Assembly: GCF_006345805.1 (NCBI RefSeq)
Contig: NW_021823653.1
Coordinates: 1 to 22,672 of the forward strand
DNA length: 22,672 bases
Source of the DNA: Octopus sinensis
Taxonomy: Eukaryota
Direction: 5' to 3'
Program-made: the position numbers and the translations under genes
Part shown: positions 10,954 to 21,155 of the stretch, in pieces
How the letters are laid out: each line of letters starts with the position of its first letter
How positions within the stretch are numbered: the stretch's first letter is position 1
The notes under the pieces: model-generated
Seen by the model: the letters and a program-made list of their open reading frames with translations, nothing else
Told to the model about the DNA's origin: nothing
Database searches by the model: none

Positions 10954-11502
10954 GAGAGAGCAGTGCATGCCATCAAAGTGACACTAGGGTTAAATATACG
11001 AAGCCTAGTATACTCATCGTGATAACCTTTCTGTTAAGGGTACACCAGGCACATGCATCACAATAGTATGTGCGCGATATGGTAATTTCATATTAAGAAT
11101 AACAGTGCATGAACTTGCAGATGGGGCTAAGTTAGAATTTCTTTCCTGTTGAGTAGCCCATCCCATAAAAAGGGTCCCTGACTAACGGTTATTTAAGTAT
11201 GTTGAACGAAACATCCATGTTTACAGAAGAGAACTATCCAAATCCGAAAGAATTCCTCACGGCACATGGCTCTGATGGTCCCCGCCACTTCTAATCGTGA
11301 TCAGAAATGCGCATATCGTCAGCCACGAATGGACATTCTCAACTATTTAACGTCACACTACTAACAATCAAATCTGTGATATTGAGCAGAATATTTGCTG
11401 AAGCTCATCTTTTATACCAAGACAAGACAAAACAAAGTACATGATAACATTTCCAATCAGATAAGATAAGAAGCCATACTGCCTGGCATGGCATCAGGGC
11501 AT
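10954..11502 (-). mobile_element. ~530-bp (TAA)n-embedded element, copy 3 (diverged)
   Basis: GAGAGAGCAGTGCATGCCATCAAAGTGACACT...GCCTGGCATGGCATCAGGGCAT followed by (ATT)n. Confidence 0.85.
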
Positions 11503-11546
11503 TTATTATCATTATTATTACTATTAGTAGTAGTGTTGTTATGATC

Positions 11547-11614
<68 letters not shown>

Positions 11615-11675
11615 TTCTATTATTTTCTTTATCTTTTATCATCGTCGTAATCAGTAATAGTAGTATTAGAAGAAG

Positions 11676-11706
<31 letters not shown>

Positions 11707-11950
11707 GTAGTAGTAGTAGTAGTAGTAGTAGTAGGAGGAGGAGAGGAGGAGGCGGAGGAGCATCATTCCCCTCATTATTATTGTTGCTATTATTATTATC
11801 GCCATCTTCATCATCTTTATCTTCATCGCCATCACCACCGTTATCATCATAAAGATCATCATCGTCATCATCATCATCATTAATATTACCATTATTATTA
11901 TTAGTGGTATTATTATCATTATGATGATTATACTCTTTATTACCATTGGA
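11503..11950. repeat. Compound trinucleotide tract (ATT)/(ATC)/(GAA)/(TAG)/(GAG)
   Basis: Directly visible adjacent triplet arrays. Confidence 0.95.
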
Positions 11951-12807
11951 TATAACTCATTCAATTTCTTCATTAAACTCTACTTCTGAATTGATAACAT
12001 CTTAAACAACCATATAATCGACGAACCAACACATTTATCCACCTCTCTCCCGCTTGCTCGATCTCTTCGACCAGCTTAGGAAGAAAATAAATAACATCGA
12101 ATCTGTAGAAGAAAGGAATTTTCAAAGAAGAAGAAAAAAATTAAGAAGACAAATAGCGATAGAAAAGCGTAAGAGAGGGGAAAAATTGTTTTAAAGAAAT
12201 ATATCAAAGAATAATGTTTAAAAAAACACATGGAATGAAGAGAGAGAAAAAAAACACTGATTTAATTTAATTGAAGGTTAAAGAAGAGAAACAAACATGG
12301 AAGGATATAAAACGAGTTTGTGACACAGAGAAGTAATACGAGAAGGAAGAGGTGATGATGGAAGCGCGCTGGAGAAGGAAAACGAAAGTGAAAGTAAATA
12401 TTTCAAGATGTCTGATGAGCAAATATCTATTCAATCTGATGACAAAATCCCAGAATTTCATTGAAGTAGCCTGATTTTGATATTGTTTATCTCATCAGGC
12501 TTGGCATCTTTTACAGCAGCAGATATGGTAATCGTTGTCAGCAGCGGTGGCATCGTTGCTGCTGTCCTTGCTGCTGCTCTTGCAGTCCACTTGTTGCTGC
12601 TCTTCCTTCTGTTGTCATTATTGGTGATGGAGGTGGTGGTGGTGGTGGCGCTAGTGTTGTTAGATTTAACCCTGTCGCTTCTAGAATTACATGAGATGAG
12701 GTCAATAATATTGTTGATATTAATTGTATAAATATAGTGACAATAACTGCAACCTCAGCAATAAAAATATCTCCAACAAGCAACGAAAACAGTAAAACAC
12801 GAAACAA

Positions 12808-12902
12808 CAATTATCATTATCATGACCGTCATCGTCGTTGTCGTCGTAATCATCATAAACATCATCATCATCATCATCATCAACAGCATCGTCAACATCA
12901 TC

Positions 12903-12934
<32 letters not shown>

Positions 12935-13105
12935 CACCATTATCATCATCGTCAACATCATCATCATCATCATCGTCGTCGTTGTCGTGGTCATAATTAT
13001 CTTCGTCATCATTACCGTCATCGCCTTCCTGGTTATCTTAATTTATTATCGTCATCGTCATTACGATAACTATGATCATCATCGGGATTCTCATGGTCAT
13101 TAATG
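12808..13105. repeat. (CAT)n/(CGT)n degenerate trinucleotide tract
   Basis: Directly visible; source of the poly-His, poly-Met and poly-Ile ORFs. Confidence 0.95.
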
Positions 13106-13253
13106 TCAGCAGCAGCAGCAGCCGTAGCCTCACGAGGGTCAATATCAACGCCGGGATCAAATTTACAGACAATAGCAGCAGCATGCTTTGGAACATACGG
13201 CTGCAACAAGAACACGGAGAACAGTCAAACTTAAAAGTGTAACCTGAATTACA

Positions 13254-13467
13254 ACCTATTTCTTTATTACCCACAAGGGGCTAAACATAGAGGGGACAAA
13301 CAAGGACAGACATAGGTATTAAGTCGATTACATCGACCCCAGTACTTAATTTATCGACCCCGAAAGGATGAAAGGCAAAGTCGACCTCAGCGGAATTTGA
13401 ACTCACAACGTAACGCAGACGAAATACCGCTAAGCATTTCGCCCGGCGTGCTAACGTTTCTGCCAGC
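13254..13467 (-). mobile_element. tRNA-derived SINE, family B
   Basis: Reverse complement of 8781-9018 with a short internal deletion after ATCGACCCCAGTAC. Confidence 0.9.
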
Positions 13468-13595
13468 GTCACTACAACCACCGGCACGATCATGTGCTGT
13501 TTGTTGAGTATAGTTCCCCACTCCTAATCATTTGCCGGAAAATCGTAAGCACGGCTTTGGTTTTGATTACTTGTGATTCTATTGTTGTTGGTGGC

Positions 13596-14005
13596 GTTGC
13601 TGTTGCAGTTGCTGTTGCTGCTGTTGCTGCTGTTGCTGTAGAGCGAACGGTCTTCGTCCCAGAGCTCGCAAGACGGGAGAAGTCCGAAACGTGGTCCTTT
13701 GCTATTCGTAAGACCCGCAGAAGGGAAGGCCGGTCAACCCCCGACACCGAGAGCATCGACGGATGGATGAATGCACACCCAGGCACAGCGGTTGCGTAGG
13801 AAGTCGGGGACAAGTAACAGGAAGAAAGAGTGAGGGAAATTTGAAGCGAAAGAGTACAACAGGGGTCTCCCCCACTGTCGGGGCCTCGTCGAGCTTTATG
13901 TGTTTTCGCTCAATAAACACACACAACGCCCGGTTTGGGAATCGAAACCGAGGTCCTTCGACCGCGAGTCCGCTGCCCTAACCATTGGGGCCATTGCGCT
14001 TCCAC
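13596..14005 (-). mobile_element. tRNA-derived SINE, family C (full length, tRNA-Arg-like head, (ACAGCA/GCA)n tail)
   Basis: Minus strand: GTGGAAGCGCAATGGCCCCAATGGTTAGGGCAGCGGACTCGCGGTCGAAGGACCTCGGTTTCGATTCCC (A-box TGGCCCCAATGG, B-box GGTTTCGATTCC). A GC-rich body follows, ending ...GACCGTTCGCTCT plus ACAGCAACAGCAGCA repeats. Confidence 0.85.
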
Positions 14006-14071
14006 TGCTGTTGAAGTCGGTTTCGAGGCTTCGACTTTCGTTGGTTATTGTTGTTCGTCCATTCTCGAGCT

Positions 14072-14110
14072 GCTCATAAACACACACATCACCCGGTCTG
14101 CGAATCGAAC
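14072..14110 (-). mobile_element. Short fragment of family C SINE head
   Basis: GCTCATAAACACACACATCACCCGGTCTGCGAATCGAAC resembles 13908-13948 GCTCAATAAACACACACAACGCCCGGTTTGGGAATCGAAAC. Confidence 0.7.
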
Positions 14111-14351
14111 ATATTGTACATATTGTTTTAAATGGTACGCAACACATATTGCGCAGAATATTGTCGCTGTGAAGAGAATTCCAAACCATGTAAAATATGA
14201 TTTTAATCTTTCTACATATATATGTTAATTTTCTTTGTAAATGAAGATTAGGGTGTATTTGTTTTAACGGGCAATCAGTACTTATACAGAGTTTCTTTAC
14301 CCTAGGTATCGGGAGGTTACGCCTCAAGAAAACGAAACAGAATTTAAAAAC

Positions 14352-14409
14352 ACTACTACTACTACTACTACTACTACACTACTACTAACTACTACTACTA
14401 TTACTACTA

Positions 14410-14453
<44 letters not shown>

Positions 14454-14490
14454 TACTATAATAATAATAATAATAATAATAATATATAAT
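14352..14490. repeat. (CTA)n then (TAA)n microsatellite
   Basis: Directly visible. Confidence 0.95.
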
Positions 14491-15024
14491 ATGCCCTGAT
14501 GCTACCAGGCATTGGCTCTCATGGCTTCTGATCTTAACTGATTGAAGTGTTATCATGTACTTTGTTTTGTCTTGGTATAAAGATGGGCTACAGAAATATT
14601 CTGCTCATACACAGATTTGCTTTTCAGTTTTTACCTTACCAGTTGAGCATGTCCCTTAGTGGCTGACGATATGTGCATCTCTGATCACGAGCAGAAGTAG
14701 TGGGGAGCATCATAGCCATGTGTTGAGAGGATTCTTGGGGGTTTGAATATTCCCTCTGGAATACATGGGTAGTTTCTTTCATTAAACCTTAAACCACCCT
14801 TATTCAGGACTTTTGAGCAGATGGTCTACTCAACCTGAAGAAAATTCTAACTGGGCCCCACCTCAAGGTCATGTGCTGTTTATCTTGATATGATCACCAT
14901 GTCGCGCACATATGTTGTGATGCATGTGCCTGGTGTACCCTTTCAGACGGGTAGTCATGATGGGTATATTGGGCTTCGTATATTTTACCCCGTGTCACTT
15001 GATGGCATGAACTGCTCTCTCACA
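14491..15024 (+). mobile_element. ~530-bp (TAA)n-embedded element, copy 4 (inverted relative to copies 1-3)
   Basis: ATGCCCTGATG...GATGGCATGAACTGCTCTCTCACA, reverse complement of copies 1-3, flanked on both sides by (TAA)n on the + strand. Confidence 0.88.
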
Positions 15025-15069
15025 ATAATAATAATAATGAAATAATGGTAATGATGATGATATAATTAC

Positions 15070-15228
15070 TGATACAGTTCTATACTTAAGAGATGAGGAA
15101 ATATGTACATTATTTACATCATTTACATTCGACGAATATTTGTCCTCATCTTGTTTGTTGTTAACACAGTGTTTCGACTTGATATACCCTCCAGCTTTCA
15201 TCAGGTATCTTGGGGGAAATTTGGATCA
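15070..15228 (-). mobile_element. Penelope-like terminal-repeat remnant containing a hammerhead-ribozyme core
   Basis: Minus strand CCTGATGA-AAGCTGGAGGGTATATCAAGTC-GAAACACTGTGTTA, followed by an AGATGAGG/CCTCATCT hairpin. Minimal type I hammerheads are an established feature of Penelope-like element termini. Confidence 0.55.
15161..15210 (-). ncRNA. Degenerate type I hammerhead ribozyme motif
   Basis: Both core boxes are intact (CUGAUGA at 15204-15198, GAAAC at 15175-15171) with near-palindromic stem III (ACAC-T-GTGT). Stem II pairing is poor, so this copy is probably inactive. Confidence 0.5.
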
Positions 15229-15483
15229 TATAATAACATAAATAATATATAAACATATGGATATATACATACATATATGTACATACCTACATCTATATGT
15301 ATATATACTTGCATATATGGGTAGAGGGCACCAAAGAAAAAACGTTGAACACAATGAGAAACATAAAACATAAAAACAAAAACAGGGAAAATAACTTTTT
15401 ATTCAAACAACGAAAGAGAGTAATAGATGTTGGTATGCACATATATGTATGTATATATGCATCTGTTTATAATTATTCATGTT

Positions 15484-15485
15484 AT

Positions 15486-15555
<70 letters not shown>

Positions 15556-15578
15556 TAGATAGATAGATAGATAGATAG

Positions 15579-15616
<38 letters not shown>

Positions 15617-15620
15617 TATA
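15484..15620. repeat. (TA)n then (GATA)n microsatellite
   Basis: Directly visible. Confidence 0.95.
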
Positions 15621-15960
15621 AGTTCCTTTATTGGCCACACAGCGCTGCCACAACAGAGGGGACAAGTTAACAAGGTAGAGCTTTTCTTTTGGGGGATGAA
15701 AAAAACAAAAAACAAAAGAAACAAAAAGAAATGTGGCGTAGGTTTTCGATCAAAAGGGATCGTAAAAGGGGAAAAAAGAACAAAAAATAAAGAAAAAAGA
15801 GAAAAAAAAACAAAAAAGGAAAAGGAACAAAAGAAAAGAGAAATGAAAAAAGAAGAAAAAGGGGAAAAAATGGGAAGAGGAAAAAAAACGATCAATAGGG
15901 ATCGTGTATCACAGTGTTATGATGTATGGTGTAAAAGGGAAAGCAAGTAAGGTTTATATG
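15621..15960 (-). mobile_element. Probable 3' UTR of a 5'-truncated non-LTR retrotransposon
   Basis: Minus strand is a pyrimidine-rich tract ending TTGTCCCCTCTGTTGTGGCAGCGCTGTGTGGCCAATAAAGGAACT (with AATAAA) then (TA)/(TATC)n. The terminal ~45 nt resemble the family B SINE tail. No ORF remains, so the clade cannot be read from sequence. Confidence 0.6.
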
Positions 15961-15967
15961 TATTCAT

Positions 15968-16060
<93 letters not shown>
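15968..16060. repeat. (GATA)n microsatellite
   Basis: Perfect tetranucleotide array. Confidence 0.97.
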
Positions 16061-16217
16061 GTCGGGCTTCTTTCACTTTCCGTTTACCAAATCCACTCAC
16101 AAGTATTTGGTCGACCCGAGGCTACAGTAGAAGACACTTGCCCAAGGTGCCACGCAGTGGGACTGAAGCCGGAACCATGTGGTTCGTAAACAAGCTACTT
16201 ACCACACAGCCATTCTG
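16061..16217 (-). mobile_element. SINE family A (near full length)
   Basis: Minus strand: TGGCTGTGTGGTAAGTAGCTTG...GGTTCCGGCTTCAGTCCCACTGCGTGGCACCTTGGGCAAGTG...GTGAGTGGATTTGGTAAACGGAAAGTGAAAGAAGCCCGAC. Confidence 0.9.
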
Positions 16218-16544
16218 ACATAATAAATAAATACATAGTCACATGCGAAGCCCATACAGAAACAAAACAGTTTCACATGCGTATGAAAACTGTTTGACTG
16301 CACGTGATTATTTTCGAAGCCAAGAATGTCACCGCAACGAAGTTAGAATGTCTTCTGGGTTATAATGCCAGATTTTAATTCCTAATTCGTAACTCAGAAT
16401 CGTATTATATATATTCTTGAGAGTTGTGAAATTATCGATCTAACTCTATAGCTTATTATATTTCCATATTTCACTATTAGTTTATTTTTTTAATAGGTTC
16501 CTGCCTTCTCTCACGAACTGGATGCACATATTCGCAAATCTGCA

Positions 16545-17075
16545 CGTACACATACATCCATACACATATTTTATACACACACATAGAGAAACACACGCAC
16601 AAACACTCACACACATACATGTACCTATTTACACACACACACACATATATATAGATATATGTATTCATTATATCCATATGCTTATATATACATACTTATA
16701 TATATACATATATTTATCTCTCTCTCAATATATATATATATATATATAATATATATATATATATATTTCTATATATAAATATACACATATATATAAATAT
16801 ACATATATATATCTATACATACATACACACATACATATGCATAGAAGTACATACATATACACCTGTATAACATACATATTTATTTAATTCAATCTGTTGT
16901 GTATCGATACATATTTCACCGTCACCTTTCCTTCTCCTCGTGTTTAAATGCATATACATAAATGCACAGGCATTTGTACACATATATTCATATATGCGCA
17001 CACGCACACATACTCACCCAAGCACACACTCACGCAAACACAGACACGTACATAGATATATTTATATATATACAG
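16545..17075. repeat. (CA)n/(TA)n low-complexity region
   Basis: Directly visible. Confidence 0.9.
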
Positions 17076-17239
17076 GTCTAATTAAATATGTTCCACTTTA
17101 TTAATTTATATATCTGCATTTCTATATATTTATGCAGTCCGTACTAGATACTCGTTCAAATCCATATTTGCAAATCATTTTATTATTGCAAATCAGCATT
17201 CTATCTAATTTCACGCATTTGTCTCTGTATGTTCTTCCT

Positions 17240-17288
17240 TCTATCTATCTATCTATCTATCTATCTATATATCTATCTACCTACCTAT

Positions 17289-17371
<83 letters not shown>
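17240..17371. repeat. (CTAT)n then (TA)n microsatellite
   Basis: Directly visible. Confidence 0.95.
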
Positions 17372-17372
<1 letters not shown>

Positions 17373-17496
17373 GTAGGTCCCGGGTGATTCGGGTTAACCA
17401 CAGTAAATAAGGTACTCAATACTAGTAGAGTAAAATTAATTTCTCTTGAATGAAACAGTTCTAGTCCTGTAGAAGCTCCTTCTATATAATAAATTA

Positions 17497-17497
<1 letters not shown>
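17372..17497. mobile_element. Short interspersed-repeat fragment in a (TA)n tract, possibly a Penelope-like terminus
   Basis: Complex-sequence island TGTAGGTCCCGGG...CCTTCTATA between TA tracts. It contains the 3' half of a hammerhead-like motif (GAAACAGTTCTAGTC) but no upstream CTGATGA. The family assignment is from recall only. Confidence 0.35.
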
Positions 17498-17570
<73 letters not shown>

Positions 17571-19040
17571 AGTGCATATAGAAATACATATATATTTGTG
17601 TCTGTATGTGTGTGTGTGTGTGCGTATTTTCATGTCCGAATGTGTTGCAAACGTGTATGTAAGTAGATCGAGACCGAGAGAGAGGGGAGGGAGGCATCAA
17701 TCAATATTTAATTACCCAGTCTGTGAATGGCTTTTCCTCTGTGTCTTTATGTTTTATCTTTCAATGGAAGTATAGGTAATGGTATATCACTGTGTATATA
17801 TAGACACGTACCGCTGTTGTTAACTATAAATAGATAACTCACAATACGTTCTCCAAACCTTGCCCGCTTTCTTCAATGTTTTTCCTATCTTATATTGCTA
17901 ATCACTCTCTAGTCTTCAATGCTTTCAACCCGTCTTCCATAATATTTCACACATAGTCATACATACATGTTAAATGTTCCTCAGTAAACCAGCTATATGT
18001 ATTTTGCTTTCAGCCCTCTCTTCGTCCATGGACCAGCTTGAATCATGAAACAGATCATCTTACAGACACACTATTTACAATAACAGCAATCTAGAACATC
18101 AAATGGGAATGCTATATGTCTTTTATGTTCAAGATTAAAGGACAATTGAATGAGTTCGACGCACGAAAAGTGTCAAGTTTTGAAGAGTTTCACAGTCGCA
18201 ATTCTAAACATACACAATGTCGTACATATGTCAACAAACTATTCACGTCTGGATATAAATAAGACATTTCTTGAAGTTCATGTAAACCAGTTAGTAGCAT
18301 CACAGAGAAGAAATGGCAAACACCATAAATTTGTAAGAATGAAAATTGCACAATAACTAAGCATAATGTATATAAAACTTATATCAAAAAGGGAAGCAAA
18401 GTCGAAATTCACTCGTGAATATCTATACAGGGCATATCAAAATTCTACTTGTTAGGCTCAATTTGGATACTTTAAATCCATCAACACCACTATCAATGGT
18501 AACATTAAAACTAATATCGCAATGGTAACCTGAAGGAGTAAACCAATTCAAAAATACACATAGAGTGACACAGGGGACATTCTTGAATCTGAAGACCTGC
18601 ATGCAGACTCACAGTAGAAATGGAAAAGAATTCAAGAAAATAATTGAAGATAAGGGAAACAAAATATATATTCGACTATAATTTAAGACGTTCCATCCGT
18701 GAAGCATTGGGAAAAGAACGCAAAAATCTGAATAGTTTGGTATTTCCAAATTTCCTACAAAGTCATAGAAAGTCATAGAACTGCTAATTTCCCAGAATCT
18801 GGATTTTGGTGTGTAATATAGAAACAGTAATGGCTACTTAAATATCATCAAGAAGCAAGAATACATCGCTGTACTACTTCCACCTCAATGAAATACATAC
18901 GAGACAAAATCTCTTTTTACTACACAATGCATGCTTTTCCCAAATCACAATACATGGCGAACACATTTAAGTATCGCTATATACAAAGCCCATGTGTACT
19001 ATACATACATACACACACACTCATGTATATGTATATATAC

Positions 19041-19079
<39 letters not shown>

Positions 19080-19197
19080 CTCGTGATCACATGACCGACC
19101 AGACCATTCAGATGTTGTTACACATCGCTGGTCACCATGCGTTCGCATTGTTTTAGCCTTCGAATGACGCCACCCCGCTGGCTAAGCGAGCAGGCCA

Positions 19198-19198
<1 letters not shown>
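19080..19198 (-). mobile_element. GC-rich SINE 3'-tail fragment inserted in (TA)n
   Basis: CGTGATCACATGACCGACCAGACC...GCTGGCTAAGCGAGCAGGCCAA island between TA/CA tracts. From recall it resembles an octopus SINE tail; there is no second copy in the window. Confidence 0.5.
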
Positions 19199-19248
<50 letters not shown>

Positions 19249-19254
19249 TATATA

Positions 19255-19920
19255 TACAAAATTACGAGGAATAACCACCAAAGTGGACACCTAATATGCT
19301 AAATAAAGACGTCAAATCAATGAGTTTGTTCTCTTAGTACGCTAAGGTACTGATTTTAATTGAATAATATCAATTTCTTCCCTCATTATCTCATTATTTA
19401 ATTTTTAAATAACGATGTTCTCTAACTGGTAAATTAGCTGCTGAGTTAGTTCCGGCCTCAGCACGCCAAAATTAAGACATTTAAAAAATATACCCAAATA
19501 TAAATTGTAGAACTTTATAACTGCCCTATTTCGGGTTAGCGTTCTTTGTCTAGTTCTGGAAATTGTATTTTGTAAGCGACAGTCTAGGCTGATGAGCCTG
19601 CAGATACTAGCATTCGTAAATATTAACAAGCAAACAGATCGATACGTAAGTAATCGTTTTTTTTTATTCCGTATATTTTAATTTGTCTTGCTCAATGTTA
19701 CATTCTGCCGTTCTACTGAAATTTTTCTTGAGAACATAGACTTCGTGGTAAGGCTATTTGACATGTATATTTAGCATATTAGGAGTCCACTTTGATGGTC
19801 ATTCCACTTAATTTTTTTATGTAATATAATTTTAAATATTCAGATTTTTTTTAAATAAGCTAAGCCACTGGTTTTAATTGATTAATATCAATATCAGCCC
19901 TCATTATTTAATTTTATATG
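19255..19920. mobile_element. Penelope-like remnant with inverted and direct repeats and a degenerate hammerhead motif
   Basis: 19257-19318 is the reverse complement of ~19756-19817 (TTTGAC...ATTTAGCATATTAGG.GTCCACTTTG.TGGT.ATTCC). 19348-19408 is directly repeated at 19866-19918. CTGATGA(19589)-GCCTG...CAGATC-GATACGTA lies between them. Confidence 0.55.
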
Positions 19921-20785
19921 TATATGCATACATATCATCTCCACACAAACGAAGAACTTTTTGCACGTATCTTCCTAATATCAGCGAATTTTCAACTCAA
20001 TTTGTGGTAAAATTTACATAAGACAACGTTAATATCGTTAATGTACAGTAGAAAATTACCTCACAGATTGCCAAGCCTACGTCATATGCAAAGACAAACC
20101 TCACTGAAGTTGCAATTTCCCGAATGTAAATTGCCAAAGTAACCAACATACTTCGCCGCTGTATTTAATTAACCTTTACCTGCATAAACGCCACACATGT
20201 TCACAAAATGTAAAATGCATTCTCATGTGCAGCTGACATAACAATGAAGCAGCATTCTCCAAATATTGCTGTATAATTACTCCAAACAGGCTTCACTCAC
20301 TTAAGAAGTTGCATTCACAGCGCTGATTTAATGCAGCAACTATCAAATCCAACGTCTCTTACGAGTAACAACAGGGAATATAAAATAAATTTGACGATCA
20401 CATTAAATCCCTGCACACAAACAACAGAAATATAGGACGAGTTCAACACAAACCCGTCAAAACATTTAGGAAGCGTGCCATTCGTGAGCCCCATTCGTAA
20501 AAATTCCTGATTGAATATAACTGTTTTACCCGTCAATTCCCTATACCGGAAACAACATAACATAAAAAAAAACAAAAAAAAAACAACGATCGCAAGTCAT
20601 CCAAGTTCTTTTCGTATATTTAATTTTTTCTAGTTCTTGCAACGTATAGCCAGCACTAACTTCAGTAAGCAATACACACGCGGTGCAGCCATACAATGTA
20701 TGAGGACACATCATGTATTTCATCCAAAGTTAAATTCCTACAGGTGGCATACGGGATTTTCTATACATGAATAGAACGTTTTCGG

Positions 20786-20845
20786 TACATATATATATAT
20801 AAAATTAAATATATATATACATATATACAGAGACATATACATATA

Positions 20846-20905
<60 letters not shown>

Positions 20906-21111
20906 ATAATACATATATATATATATAAATGTATATACATATATATATATATTCATATATATATATACATGTATATATACATATGCATATATATATACGT
21001 ATATATACACATGCATATATATATATACATGTATATATACATATACATATATACAAGTATATATACATATATATAAATATGCATATATATATATATATAC
21101 ATATATACAAC

Positions 21112-21155
<44 letters not shown>

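Noticed and set aside
9873-11502. CRISPR-like or satellite interpretation of the triple array
   Set aside because: The units are ~530 bp with microsatellite spacers and a dispersed inverted copy, in a eukaryotic context with no cas genes.
12477-13103. Hydrophobic 84-aa ORF and poly-His ORF
   Set aside because: They derive from degenerate GCT/GGT/CAT triplet repeats; overlapping frames are open on both strands and there is no gene structure.
13925-14005. Possible tRNA-Arg gene
   Set aside because: It has A/B boxes but no proper acceptor stem or cloverleaf, and it continues into a SINE body and simple-repeat tail.
13281-14327. Cluster of GC-rich ORFs
   Set aside because: They overlap SINE B and SINE C, where the higher GC content lowers stop-codon frequency.
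15696-15950. Lys/Glu-rich 84-aa ORF
   Set aside because: It is the antisense reading of the pyrimidine-rich putative retrotransposon 3' UTR.
16266-16296. Hairpin AAACAGTTTCA...TGAAAACTGTTT
   Set aside because: It is short and AT-rich, expected by chance at this composition, and too short for a pre-miRNA.
17950-18960. A-rich unique stretch that might be a LINE ORF remnant or exon
   Set aside because: I could not find RT, endonuclease or other motifs by manual translation; a frameshift-aware protein search would be needed.
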